From Acidobacteriota bacterium (GTDB lineage Bacteria > Acidobacteriota > UBA6911 > RPQK01 > JAJDTT01), in NCBI GenBank assembly GCA_965231825.1, contig OZ246889.1, positions 2,319,443 to 2,383,442 on the forward strand: DNA of 64,000 bases, read 5' to 3'. Below the pieces are notes generated by a model, which was not told where the DNA came from, ran no database searches, and worked only from the letters and a program-made list of their open reading frames with translations. Made by a program: the position numbers and the translations under genes. This document shows positions 47,524-56,944 of this stretch, piece after piece. Numbering within the stretch: the first letter of the stretch is position 1; every line of letters starts with the position of its first letter.

Positions 47524-48507
47524 ATGGGCAAGATCCAAGTCCTTTTGAACGGCCTGCAGCACCGGGTGGAATTGGGCCGCAGCGTAGCGGATCTGGTTCA
47601 GGACCTGGAGCTTGACGGGGGCCGGGTCGCGGTCGAGATCAATGAACAGATCGTCGGCCGCGCCCGATGGGCCGAGCAGGAAATCCAAAGCGGCGATCGG
47701 ATCGAAATCGTCCATTTCGTGGGAGGAGGGGCCGTGGAAGACACGCTGACCATAGCCGGACGGGAGTATCGCTCCCGATTGCTGGTGGGAACGGGGAAAT
47801 ACGCGACCTTCGGCCAGATGGAGCAGGCCTTGGAGGCCAGTGGGGCCGAGCTGGTCACGGTGGCCGTGCGGCGCGTCAATGTGACCGACAGGACTCGGGA
47901 ATCCCTCCTGGACTACATCGACCCCAATCGCTACCAACTGTTGCCCAACACCGCCGGCTGCTATACGGCGGCCGAAGCGATCCGATACGCCCGGCTGGGA
48001 CGGGAGGCGGGCCTGTCGAATCTGGTCAAGCTGGAGGTGATCGGAGACGAGCGCACGCTTTTTCCCGACAACGAAGCCTTGCTGAAAGCCACGCACGTGC
48101 TGGTCGAGGAAGGATTCGTGGTGCTCCCCTACACCAACGACGACCCCATCGTCTGCAAGCGGCTGGAGGATGCGGGAGCGGCGGCGGTGATGCCGCTGGG
48201 AGCCCCCATCGGTTCGGGCCTCGGCATCCAGAACCCCAACAACATCCGCATCATCCTGGAGTTCGCCTCGGTTCCGGTCATCGTCGACGCCGGCGTCGGG
48301 ACCGCTTCCGACGCCACGCTGGCCATGGAGCTGGGGGTGGACGGTGTTCTCATGAACACCGGGATAGCGGGCGCCAAGGATCCGGTGTCCATGGCCAGGA
48401 GCATGAGGCTGGCCGTGGAGTCGGGGCGCCTGGCGTATAAGGCGGGGCGGATACCCCGCAAGCTCTACGCCACGGCAAGCAGTCCCCTGGAGGGCGTGCT
48501 GAGTTAG
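47524..48507 (+). CDS. thiG: ThiS-ThiG in-frame fusion (sulfur-carrier domain + thiazole synthase)
   Basis: The N-terminal 68 aa [10 protein letters not shown]...[14 protein letters not shown] is ThiS. It is followed without a stop by [24 protein letters not shown]...KLEVIGD...[14 protein letters not shown] (ThiG). An internal GTG at 47734 could also give free ThiG. Confidence 0.85.
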   Translation: MGKIQVLLNGLQHRVELGRSVADLVQDLELDGGRVAVEINEQIVGRARWAEQEIQSGDRIEIVHFVGGGAVEDTLTIAGREYRSRLLVGTGKYATFGQMEQALEASGAELVTVAVRRVNVTDRTRESLLDYIDPNRYQLLPNTAGCYTAAEAIRYARLGREAGLSNLVKLEVIGDERTLFPDNEALLKATHVLVEEGFVVLPYTNDDPIVCKRLEDAGAAAVMPLGAPIGSGLGIQNPNNIRIILEFASVPVIVDAGVGTASDATLAMELGVDGVLMNTGIAGAKDPVSMARSMRLAVESGRLAYKAGRIPRKLYATASSPLEGVLS

Positions 48508-48594
48508 CCCGAGACCGGTTTTCCCCAAGATCTCACCAGTCGCGTCAATGCCGACACGTTTTCCCAAAGTGGCGTACCTCAGGAAAGGAATCCG

Positions 48595-49686
48595 GTGAAG
48601 ACGGTTCAGGTCAACCTTCCCGGCCGCAGCTATGACATCCTGATCGGTCCCGGTCTCCTGGCCGAGGTCCCGAGGCTGCTGAGCGACCGCAAGCCGACCG
48701 GGAGGCTGTTTCTGGTCTCCAATCCCACGGTCCACGAACTCTACGGCGAGCAGCTCATGCAGGGTCTCGCGGACTCCGGGTTCCACGTGTCGGAGATTCT
48801 GGTACCGGACGGTGAATCCCACAAGACACTCCAAACCGTCGAGGAGATCTACGGACAGCTCGTGAGCGGGGGTGCGGATCGCTCGTCGGCGCTTGTCGCC
48901 CTGGGTGGCGGCGTGACTGGAGATATCGCGGGATTTGCCGCCGCCACCTTCATGCGCGGAATTCCGTACATCCAGATCCCGACGACGGTGGTGGCTCAGG
49001 TGGACAGTTCAGTCGGAGGCAAGACCGGAGTCAATCATGGTCTGGCCAAGAACATGGTCGGCTCCTTCTGGCAACCGAGCCTGGTCTGCATCGATCCCGA
49101 GACCCTCCTCTCGTTGCCCCGGCGGGAGTATCAATCCGGACTCTATGAAGTGTTCAAGTACGGCCTCATCCGGGACGCCGAATTCTTCGATTGGCTGAAC
49201 GCGTCGTTGGAAGAGATCCAGGCCCGGAAGGCCTCCGTGACGGAGCAGCTGATCCGGCGGTGTTGCCAGATCAAGGCTGAGGTCACCGCCCAGGACGAAC
49301 GCGAATCGGATCTGCGGAGAATACTGAACCTGGGACACACCTTCGCTCACGGACTGGAATCCGCCGTCCGATTTCAGGGGGTGACCCACGGGGAAGCCGT
49401 GGGCTATGGAATGATGGCCGCCGCTCATCTCTCCCATTGGCGCACGGGTCTTTCACGGGAGTCACGCGACCGGGCAGTGCAGGCGATCCGGGAGATCGGG
49501 CCTCTGCCTAAGATCGATACGGTGCCCACGGGCCGCGTCGTGGAGGCTATGAAGAGGGACAAGAAACGCCGGAATCAACGCACCGTCGTGGTATTGCTGG
49601 CGGCGATCGGGATCACCCGAATCCGGGACGACATTCCAGACCAGGACTTGGCGCGGGCCTGGGACCGAGTGAAGCAAGGGAAATAG
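48595..49686 (+). CDS. aroB: 3-dehydroquinate synthase
   Basis: GGGVTGDIAGFAAATFMRGIPYIQIPTT, metal-binding His residues and LNLGHTFAH match the AroB family. Confidence 0.85.
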   Translation: MKTVQVNLPGRSYDILIGPGLLAEVPRLLSDRKPTGRLFLVSNPTVHELYGEQLMQGLADSGFHVSEILVPDGESHKTLQTVEEIYGQLVSGGADRSSALVALGGGVTGDIAGFAAATFMRGIPYIQIPTTVVAQVDSSVGGKTGVNHGLAKNMVGSFWQPSLVCIDPETLLSLPRREYQSGLYEVFKYGLIRDAEFFDWLNASLEEIQARKASVTEQLIRRCCQIKAEVTAQDERESDLRRILNLGHTFAHGLESAVRFQGVTHGEAVGYGMMAAAHLSHWRTGLSRESRDRAVQAIREIGPLPKIDTVPTGRVVEAMKRDKKRRNQRTVVVLLAAIGITRIRDDIPDQDLARAWDRVKQGK

Positions 49687-49726
49687 CGGCCGCCGGGAAT
49701 CGCCGCCGCGGGTTCCAGGGATTCAA

Positions 49727-50446
49727 ATGGAGGACAGGGAATCGGGGCGGATCCGCCGGATGTTCGGCCGGATTGCTCCCCGATACGACCGGGCCAACCG
49801 CCTTCTCTCGCTGTCCGTGGACCGGCGCTGGAGGCGGGTGGCGCGGCGCGAGCTGGAACGCCGGCTGCCGTCGGACCCGCGGATATTGGACCTTTGCACG
49901 GGAACCGGAGACCTTGCTCTGGAACTCGCCAGTGTGGGTTCGGTGGTGGCGTGTGACTTCTCTCATCCCATGTTGGTTTTGGGTCAGGGGAAGGCATCGC
50001 GTTCCGCAAACGGCCGCCGCATTGCGTTCGCCGAGGGGGACGCGCTGAAACTCCCCTTTCCGGAGCGGTCTTTCGATGCCGTCAGCATCGCCTTCGGGTT
50101 AAGGAATCTGGAAAGCTACCGCCAGGGTCTGGCCGAAATGCATCGGGTGCTCCGGCCCGGAGGCATGTTGGCCATCCTGGAGTTTACGCTCCCCACTTTG
50201 CCGCTGTTGAGGTCGCTGTACCTGTTTTATTTCGTGCGTATCCTGCCTCGACTCGGCGGTTGGATTTCAGGACACGGTCAAGCCTACGATTATCTCTCCC
50301 GGTCAGTGAGGCAGTTTCTCCCTCCCGAGGATCTGGACCGTTTGCTGGAGCGAGCAGGGTTCCGGGAGGTCCGCCACCGAACTCTCTCGGCCGGAATCGC
50401 ATGCCTTCACCTGGGCCGAAAATCGAGATCGGGCGGCTGCCGGTAA
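49727..50446 (+). CDS. ubiE: Demethylmenaquinone/ubiquinone C-methyltransferase UbiE/MenG
   Basis: MFGRIAPRYDRANRLLSLSVDRRWRR... is the UbiE N-terminus. SAM motif LDLCTGTGD. 239 aa. Confidence 0.9.
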   Translation: MEDRESGRIRRMFGRIAPRYDRANRLLSLSVDRRWRRVARRELERRLPSDPRILDLCTGTGDLALELASVGSVVACDFSHPMLVLGQGKASRSANGRRIAFAEGDALKLPFPERSFDAVSIAFGLRNLESYRQGLAEMHRVLRPGGMLAILEFTLPTLPLLRSLYLFYFVRILPRLGGWISGHGQAYDYLSRSVRQFLPPEDLDRLLERAGFREVRHRTLSAGIACLHLGRKSRSGGCR

Positions 50447-50457
50447 AGATCGCGCCG

Positions 50458-51696
50458 TCACAGTTTCATCTCCGGAAAGAGGAGCCGCCAACCCAGTTGA
50501 GTCGGCGGAAAGCTGCGTAGTCCCGATCGGATGGCATCCGCGTCATATCGGACTCTGGCCATGTCCGACAGATGAAGACTCAAAGGGCCCCCGCGGATCG
50601 TCTCTCCGTTCACACTCAGGTTGGAAAGCCAGAGTCCTCCGACGATCTGGGCACGGTCTCTCAGAATGACGCTTCCGCCACCCAGATGGAGCAGGATTCC
50701 CCGGAACCGGACATCTCCCTGCAGGATCAGGTTCCCCCGGGCGATGACGACGCCCGTCACCGCTCCCGACAGGGTTCCTCCCTCCGGAAGATGGACGATC
50801 CCGGTGGCCGGCGAGAGGGTCGGCAGCTGATCCTGGAAATGCCTCCAGAAGACGGCTTGGAAAAGGGAACGATAACGAGGGTCCTCACGGTATGACTCAG
50901 TCGAGTCCCGAATGGAAGGTTCCGGTCCGGCACCGCGGATCCGGCCCGCTTGGGCCGGATTGAGGTTTCGCAGAAACTCGGTGCCGAGTCCATCGCCTCC
51001 CAGGGAAAGGAAGCGAACCCCCGGTTCCCGGTGTCCACCGTCCAGTAGAAATTGGCTTCCCCCCCAATGGAAGTCTCCGTCGTCTCCCGCCAGGGTGAGT
51101 GCGCTCCGGAGTCGAAATGCTGTCTCCTGGAGAAGGCGGGATTCAATCAGAGTCACGCTGTTGCGAGTCGAAGCCAGGAAGGGGCTCCGTAGTTTGAGAG
51201 GAGCCACGCCCATGCTCCGGACCAGAACCACTCCGTCCCGGTCCTGGTGGGCCGGCTCCTCCGGGTTGTTGGAAAACCTCAAGTAGAAACGCCCTCCTCC
51301 CGGATCCGGGTAACCGTTGGGCAGCAGCGGGCTTCGGCCCCGCGCCGGGAGTCCGTCATCGCGGTCGGGTGTCCAACTCTCCGGATCCAAACGGCGAGCC
51401 GCCGAATAGGGGAGGGGATTTCTCCATTCGGGCAGATCGGTTCCGGAGAAGGAACCGTCGGGACCGGAAAGGAGTTCTTCGACATCGATCAGGGGAAGAA
51501 GGCCGCGAGCGAATTCAATTCCGTTCTGGGCCAGGACCATGCTGTAGAGTCGCGCCTCGACCCCTTGGAGCAGCCTCCACTGGATCAGGTTCTGTACGCT
51601 CAGGGTCCAGACCAGAGTCGCCACCAGAGCCGTCGTGAGCAGGGCGGCCAGCAGGGCAAGTCCTGCCTCCGATGCCGGTTTTCGGGGGTCATTCAT
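50458..51696 (-). CDS. GspK/PilX-like minor pseudopilin
   Basis: N-terminus MNDPRKPASEAGLALLAALLTTALVATLV (pseudopilin-like hydrophobic segment lacking Glu5, as in GspK). Large periplasmic body. Last gene of the pseudopilin operon. Start at internal ATG 51696, which gives an 8-nt overlap with the upstream gene. Confidence 0.55.
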   Translation of the reverse strand: MNDPRKPASEAGLALLAALLTTALVATLVWTLSVQNLIQWRLLQGVEARLYSMVLAQNGIEFARGLLPLIDVEELLSGPDGSFSGTDLPEWRNPLPYSAARRLDPESWTPDRDDGLPARGRSPLLPNGYPDPGGGRFYLRFSNNPEEPAHQDRDGVVLVRSMGVAPLKLRSPFLASTRNSVTLIESRLLQETAFRLRSALTLAGDDGDFHWGGSQFLLDGGHREPGVRFLSLGGDGLGTEFLRNLNPAQAGRIRGAGPEPSIRDSTESYREDPRYRSLFQAVFWRHFQDQLPTLSPATGIVHLPEGGTLSGAVTGVVIARGNLILQGDVRFRGILLHLGGGSVILRDRAQIVGGLWLSNLSVNGETIRGGPLSLHLSDMARVRYDADAIRSGLRSFPPTQLGWRLLFPEMKL

Positions 51697-52295
51697 CCCG
51701 GGGAGGGAAGAGGTTGGGCCGGTAGTTTCGAAGCGTGTAGTGGATCGTTTCAACGGTCTCTCCGTCCCCTTTCCAGTGCATCAGGTCGGGACTGACGGCG
51801 CCGGTGAGGCGAAGTTTCAGCAACCGTCCTCCCATCAGAATTTCCCACTGCCGGATCTGTTTCAGGACGGATTGAAAGCTCCCCGCGCCGCTTTTGAGTT
51901 GCAAATGGTCCGTCCGGCAGCGGAGCGACATACTTTCGAAATTGCCCTCGACCCGCCCGTCGGGAAACCCGTCCTCCCCATCCAGGTCGGACTCGAGCTG
52001 GAGGATCCCGGACTGGATCAGGATCCCATCCCCGTCCCGGTCCCACTCCCGGTTGCCTGCTCCCAGGATCCATCCGCCCAGCAGGATCGGGGCCAGGATC
52101 AGGTTCCGGTCCCGTTCCATCAAGCGTGTGAGATTGGTGACAGTGGTCTGAACCTGGTCGAACACTCCCAGGGAAAGGGAGAAAAGGAGTGCGGAGGCAG
52201 CGGTAGCCAGAAGGGACTCGATCAGGCTGAATCCCCGTTCCCCCTCTTTCCTCTCGGCCCCGCGGGATTCCGCCAGCGAATCAATCGGGCTCATT
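51689..52295 (-). CDS. GspJ/PilW-like minor pseudopilin
   Basis: Prepilin-type N-terminal cleavage/methylation motif ...ERG|FSLIESLLATAASALLFSL. Confidence 0.6.
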
Positions 52296-52308
52296 CGGGC
52301 GCCTCCTT

Positions 52309-52629
52309 TCAGGGTAGCGATCGCAGCACCTCCCAACTTGTGGCGTTCTCTTCCTCGGCGCCGGAGACGTTCAGGCGCCACAACGACGGGCCGTCCGGCA
52401 CCGGGACGATCCTTTCCCCTTCCGGCTCCCGGGAGCGGGCCTCTTCGCACCGGTTCCACCTTTGCAGAACCTCCTGGCGCCGTTTTTCCATGATCGCGTA
52501 GTTGCCCAGAGTCAGGGCCAAGGTCTGGATCAAGGCAAGGATGGCGACTGTCAATATCGTTGTGGCCATCAGGTGCTCCAGAAAGGCGAATCCCTTCTCG
52601 GCGCTGTCCCCGGCTATCCTCTCTGCCAT
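52309..52629 (-). CDS. GspI/PilV-like small minor pseudopilin
   Basis: ...AEKG|FAFLEHLMATTILTVAILAL prepilin motif. 106 aa. Confidence 0.6.
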   Translation of the reverse strand: MAERIAGDSAEKGFAFLEHLMATTILTVAILALIQTLALTLGNYAIMEKRRQEVLQRWNRCEEARSREPEGERIVPVPDGPSLWRLNVSGAEEENATSWEVLRSLP

Positions 52630-53084
52630 CGAATCCTCCCGGCCGGCGAGATCACGATGCGGATCTTTCCGGCGGAATTGCCCAGGACGAACGTCCCGCC
52701 AGGAGCGGCGGTCCCTCGGGAATGGAAGGATATGTCGCGGTTTGGCCTCCGGACGACCCGGACCCCCCTGGGGAGGTTCATCCAGTGTCCAGCCTCTTCC
52801 CCCTCCGGTGCGATGGTGGCGCTTCCCGCGTCGGTTGAGATTCGGATCTGTACGGTCAGATTCCGCCCGACGGCCTCCATACGCCCCTGCTCCAGGAGGG
52901 AGAGAAAGAGATGAGATCCCTGCGACAGCCTCCAGTGATCCCGCACCTGCTGATAGGCCGGCCATGCCAGCGAGGCCAGAAAGCCGATGAGCAGGCAGGT
53001 CAACGTGACTTCCAACAACTGATAGCCGTGAACATTCCCGCGTGCTCGGGATCCGGTTCGGACACGCGCCTTTCCGGCAGCCAC
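52614..53084 (-). CDS. GspH/FimT-like minor pseudopilin
   Basis: ...NVHG|YQLLEVTLTCLLIGFLASLAW prepilin motif. 156 aa. Confidence 0.6.
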   Translation of the reverse strand: MAAGKARVRTGSRARGNVHGYQLLEVTLTCLLIGFLASLAWPAYQQVRDHWRLSQGSHLFLSLLEQGRMEAVGRNLTVQIRISTDAGSATIAPEGEEAGHWMNLPRGVRVVRRPNRDISFHSRGTAAPGGTFVLGNSAGKIRIVISPAGRIRWQRG

Positions 53085-53242
53085 TCCGGTGAAACGAGTC
53101 GGAAGCAGGTTCGCGGAAGTCTCCGGCAGACGTTTCAGCGGTACTGCGTTGGTAGCGATGGTCCCACCCCTTTCCGTGTGTTGCCTTCACGAAACTCAAA
53201 CGATCCCCACCGGAAAAGTATGAAGGTGTCTTCGGGGAGCAC

Positions 53243-53366
53243 GGAAAATGAGGAAAGAGGAAAGAGGAGAGAGAAAAGAGTGAAGAAGCCGTAGCTGCCG
53301 CAGGGGGTGAGGAGCCGGCTGCCAACTCCTCTCTCTTTACTTTTTCCTCTTTCCTCTTTCCTCTCC
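53243..53366 (-). terminator. Long GA/CT-rich inverted repeat (18-bp perfect stem) + U-tract: probable tsaE terminator
   Basis: Arm 53250-53285 (gaggaaagaggaaagagg...) pairs with arm 53328-53366 (cctctttcctctttcctc...). The second arm encodes the tsaE C-terminal GEERGKRKK and stop. On the minus-strand RNA the stem is followed by AUUUUCC. Confidence 0.45.
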
Positions 53367-53795
53367 GAAGTGGATCTCCAGCAGGCGCTCGTCGCTCACC
53401 GGATCCACCAGGATTCGGATACGGACAGGGTCGTCCACGGGCAAGTCGAGCTTTTCGCCCCATTCGATGATGACAACGGCTTCCCGCTCCAGGATCTCCT
53501 CGATGCCGATGGAATGGAAGTCGTCCGCTCCCTCCAGGCGGTACAGGTCGACATGGTAGATGCGGCCGCGAGCCGACGGGTATTCGTTGATCAGGGTGAA
53601 GGAGGGACTTCGAACCAGGGTGAGATCTTCGACCTCCAGACCGGCTGCCAAGGCCTGGGTGAAGACCGTCTTGCCGGCGCCCAGCTCGCCGGAGAGCAGG
53701 ACCACTCGCGGAGGTTGCAGCGTCTCACCCAGCCTGAAGCCGATCCGCCGTGTCTCCTCTTCGCTGCCGGAGCGAAGGACCTGCCTAGCCTGCAT
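53337..53795 (-). CDS. tsaE: tRNA threonylcarbamoyladenosine biosynthesis ATPase TsaE
   Basis: Walker A (SGELGAGKT), ..PSFTLINEY...IYHVDLYRLEGADD.. matches the YjeE/TsaE family. Confidence 0.9.
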   Translation of the reverse strand: MQARQVLRSGSEEETRRIGFRLGETLQPPRVVLLSGELGAGKTVFTQALAAGLEVEDLTLVRSPSFTLINEYPSARGRIYHVDLYRLEGADDFHSIGIEEILEREAVVIIEWGEKLDLPVDDPVRIRILVDPVSDERLLEIHFGEERGKRKK

Positions 53796-55476
53796 GGCCC
53801 ATCGGGTCGTTGCGCCGCTCTCCATGGCCGCGCAGTTGGAGGAACGCCGATCCCAATTGATCGAGGATGTCTCCGGCCGTCAGCGAGTCCATGCCCCGAT
53901 GTTGGGCCGCGAGATCGCCGGCCAGGGAATGAAGGTAGACGGCGGAGACGACGGCGTCGGTCGTCTGCGATGGAGAGACGCGGGCCTGGGCCCGGGACTG
54001 GCCCAGAAACGAGGTGATCACGCCGGTAAGGACGTCGCCGCTTCCTGCGGTGGCCATTCCCGGGTTTCCCAGCGGGCAGGCGTAGACTTGCCCGTCCGGC
54101 GACGCCACCAGGGTCCGGAACCCCTTGAGCACGAGCCAGAGGTTCCGGTCCCGGGCGAATTCGCGGGCGACGGAGATCCCGTTCTCGGTGATTTGCGGAA
54201 CGGAGTGGGCTGTCAGGCGGGCAAACTCCCCCGGGTGGGGAGTGACGACCAGGGGTTGGCCCTTCAGGTTGACCAACTCGTGGGCCTGGCCGGCATAGGC
54301 GTTCAAGGCGTCGGCATCCAGGACCACGGGAACCTCGGCCTCCCGGGTCAGCCGGCGAACCACGTCGACGGTTTCCTTCTCCGTGGTCAGGCCCGGTCCC
54401 AGCCCGGCGGCGTCCTTGCCCTCCAGTAGTTCCAGGATGCGATCGATTCCGGACGAGGCCAAGGTTCCAGCGGGCGTGGAGGGGACCCCTTCGGTCATGA
54501 TCTCAGGTTGGAAGGAGGCTATCAGGGGTTGGACGGCGCCGGGGGCCACGCCCGTCACCAAGCCGGACCCGGACCTCAACGCGGCCCGGGAGGCCAAAGC
54601 GGCGGCCCCGGTCTTGCCCCGGCTCCCCGCAATGATCGCCACGTGACCGAATGTGCCCTTGTGAGAGAAGGACTTCCGGGCCGGCAGGACCGCCCGAATC
54701 CGGTCTGGCATCATCAGGTTCAGGAAGTGGTCCGGTGTATCCAGCACCTGGGGCGGGGTTCCGATGGGAGTGACGTAAATCTGTCCGAACGTCTCTGGTT
54801 CCCGGTGAAGAATGTGGGCGATCTTGGGGGCCGTGAAGGTGACGGTGGAGTGCGCCCGGACCGATGGTCCGATGGACCGGATGCCGTCGGAGGGTGTCCC
54901 CGTGGGGATGTCCACGGCCAGCACGAAGGCGCCGCTGCCGTTGATGTCCCGGACCACCTGCGCCAGCAGTCCGGTAACGGGACGTCCGAGCCCGGTTCCC
55001 AAGAGGGCGTCCACCAGGATCCGGGAGCTGCCGAGGATGGGCGCAACCTCCGCCCACTCTTCCCGGGAGGTCACGGACGCCACCTCTCCACCGGATTTCC
55101 GGTAGGCATTCAATTGGACTGCGGCGTCTCCCCGCATCCGGTCGGGACGGCAGAGCAGGACCACCGTCGGAGAAGATTCACGGCGCGCCAATTGGCGCGC
55201 CAGGACCAGACCGTCGCCGCCGTTGTTCCCTTTGCCGCAGAGAATCACGGTGGAGCGGCCGGCGAGCCGTTCCCCGAAGTGGAATTTCAGGATCTGGTAC
55301 AGGTTCAGCCCGGCATTTTCCATCAACAGCAGGCTGGGGAGTCCGCAGTCCCGGGTGGTGAGCCGATCGACGGTCCCCATCTGGGACGCGGTCAGTATTT
55401 TGACCCGGGATCGGACCTCTCCAGCAAGGAACACCGGCGGCTTCAGATGGTTGAACCCGGAACCCTGTGGAAGCAT
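53785..55476 (-). CDS. nnr: Bifunctional NAD(P)H-hydrate repair enzyme Nnr (epimerase + ADP-dependent dehydratase)
   Basis: YjeF_N (ILCGKGNNGGDGLVLAR) + YjeF_C (GHVAIIAGSRGKTGAAALA, carbohydrate-kinase fold). Conserved neighbour of tsaE. Confidence 0.9.
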   Translation of the reverse strand: MLPQGSGFNHLKPPVFLAGEVRSRVKILTASQMGTVDRLTTRDCGLPSLLLMENAGLNLYQILKFHFGERLAGRSTVILCGKGNNGGDGLVLARQLARRESSPTVVLLCRPDRMRGDAAVQLNAYRKSGGEVASVTSREEWAEVAPILGSSRILVDALLGTGLGRPVTGLLAQVVRDINGSGAFVLAVDIPTGTPSDGIRSIGPSVRAHSTVTFTAPKIAHILHREPETFGQIYVTPIGTPPQVLDTPDHFLNLMMPDRIRAVLPARKSFSHKGTFGHVAIIAGSRGKTGAAALASRAALRSGSGLVTGVAPGAVQPLIASFQPEIMTEGVPSTPAGTLASSGIDRILELLEGKDAAGLGPGLTTEKETVDVVRRLTREAEVPVVLDADALNAYAGQAHELVNLKGQPLVVTPHPGEFARLTAHSVPQITENGISVAREFARDRNLWLVLKGFRTLVASPDGQVYACPLGNPGMATAGSGDVLTGVITSFLGQSRAQARVSPSQTTDAVVSAVYLHSLAGDLAAQHRGMDSLTAGDILDQLGSAFLQLRGHGERRNDPMGHAG

Positions 55477-55546
55477 CTTAATATGGTGAAGGAAGTTAGC
55501 AGAGATGCGGCGCAGATGGAAAGGCGGTGACGGTTCCGGCGCGTTC

Positions 55547-55576
55547 TTGGCAGATCTGCCAGGCTATGGATATACT
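55547..55576 (+). promoter_or_regulatory. Candidate promoter for the M48 peptidase (-35 TTGGCA, 18 nt, -10 TATACT) overlapping a 14-bp perfect palindrome TGGCAGATCTGCCA
   Basis: Read directly from the nnr / M48-peptidase divergent intergenic region. The palindrome is at 55548-55561. Confidence 0.4.
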
Positions 55577-55611
55577 GAATGTCAGACCCCAACTCTCATG
55601 AGGGCGCTACC

Positions 55612-56673
55612 ATGATCAAAAGAACCAGAATTCCAATGAGTCTCTTGACGATCGTCCTGGTGCTTCTGCTGAACGTGCCGACGCGTTCCGGACGTAAGCA
55701 CGAGGATGTGGAAAATATCGGCAACCGGAATATCAACGGGAAGGTGGCCCTGATCTTCCCCAACTTCATATCGCTGGAGAAGGAAATCCAAATTGGAGCC
55801 CAGTACGCCCAGCAGATCGAGCAGACGGCCCGATTGGTGGAAGATCCCGTCGTGAACGAGTACGTCGACGGGTTGGGCCAACTTATCGTGAAGAACTCGG
55901 ATGCGAAAGTTCCCTTCGTGATCCGCGTGCTCGATTCCGAGGAGGTGAACGCCTTCGCCCTTCCCGGCGGTTACTTCTTTGTGAACAAGGGGCTGATCCT
56001 GGAGGCCGAGGACGAGGCCGAGCTGGCCGGAGTCATGGCCCATGAGATCGCCCACGTGACGGCTCGGCATGCCACCGAGAGGATGACCAAGGGCAACCTC
56101 ATGCAGTTTGCGGCCCTGCCGGCCCTGATTCTCACCGGCGGCTGGACTCAGTATGCGCTCTATCAGGGGCTGGGGCTGGGGATGAACCTGGCGGTTCTGG
56201 GCATTACCCGAAAGTCGGAGGCCGAAGCCGATCAGTTGGGGACCCAGTATCTCTGGAACACGGGATACGATCCGCAGGGATTCATCTCCTTCTTCGAGAA
56301 GATGCAGGCCAAGGACAAGAGCCGTCCCGGCAAATTCGCCAGCTTCTTCCGGACTCACCCCTCCTTCGAGAACCGCATCGCCAAGGTGAACGAGGAGATC
56401 TCCTATCTGCCTCCCAAGGACGAGTACGTGGTCAGCACGTCGGAGTTCGACCGGGTGAAGGCGCGGCTGATTCAGATGGATCGAGCGGAGATCCGCCCTG
56501 GACAGGGCGGAACCAAGAGTGGTGCTGCCCGACCCACGTTGAAGCGCCGGACCAACGACCGGGACGATCGGGAAGAGCCTACCTTGAAGGGAGATCGTCC
56601 GACGTTGAAACGGCCTTCCCTGAAGAGGCAGCGTCCGAGCGAGTCCGAATCCGAGTCTGAGTCCGAGAATTGA
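55612..56673 (+). CDS. M48-family zinc metallopeptidase (BepA/YcaL-like) with low-complexity C-terminal tail
   Basis: Signal/TM (MIKRTRIPMSLLTIVLVLLL), HEIAH zinc motif and a downstream EAEADQLG. Tail has PTLKR repeats and SESESESE. Confidence 0.85.
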   Translation: MIKRTRIPMSLLTIVLVLLLNVPTRSGRKHEDVENIGNRNINGKVALIFPNFISLEKEIQIGAQYAQQIEQTARLVEDPVVNEYVDGLGQLIVKNSDAKVPFVIRVLDSEEVNAFALPGGYFFVNKGLILEAEDEAELAGVMAHEIAHVTARHATERMTKGNLMQFAALPALILTGGWTQYALYQGLGLGMNLAVLGITRKSEAEADQLGTQYLWNTGYDPQGFISFFEKMQAKDKSRPGKFASFFRTHPSFENRIAKVNEEISYLPPKDEYVVSTSEFDRVKARLIQMDRAEIRPGQGGTKSGAARPTLKRRTNDRDDREEPTLKGDRPTLKRPSLKRQRPSESESESESEN

Positions 56674-56944
56674 CGGCACGTATTCCGGCGTCTCCGGCAA
56701 ATCCCGCGTAGCGCCGGTCGAATGCCACAACCACCTTCAGCGCCGGCTACCGGGACAGTCCTCCCCCGATGGCCGGCGCTTTGAGTTGGTACCCCACCTC
56801 CAGGTTGTTGAAACAATCTTCCCGTGTCGTTCGTACACCATAGGGATGAGTCCTTGAGTCCTTGGTGCGTGGTACAGTCCAGGCTGATTGTGCGGGGGGC
56901 TTTGCCACGGTCCGTCTAGTCCAGCAACCTTTCCAGGAGATGCC

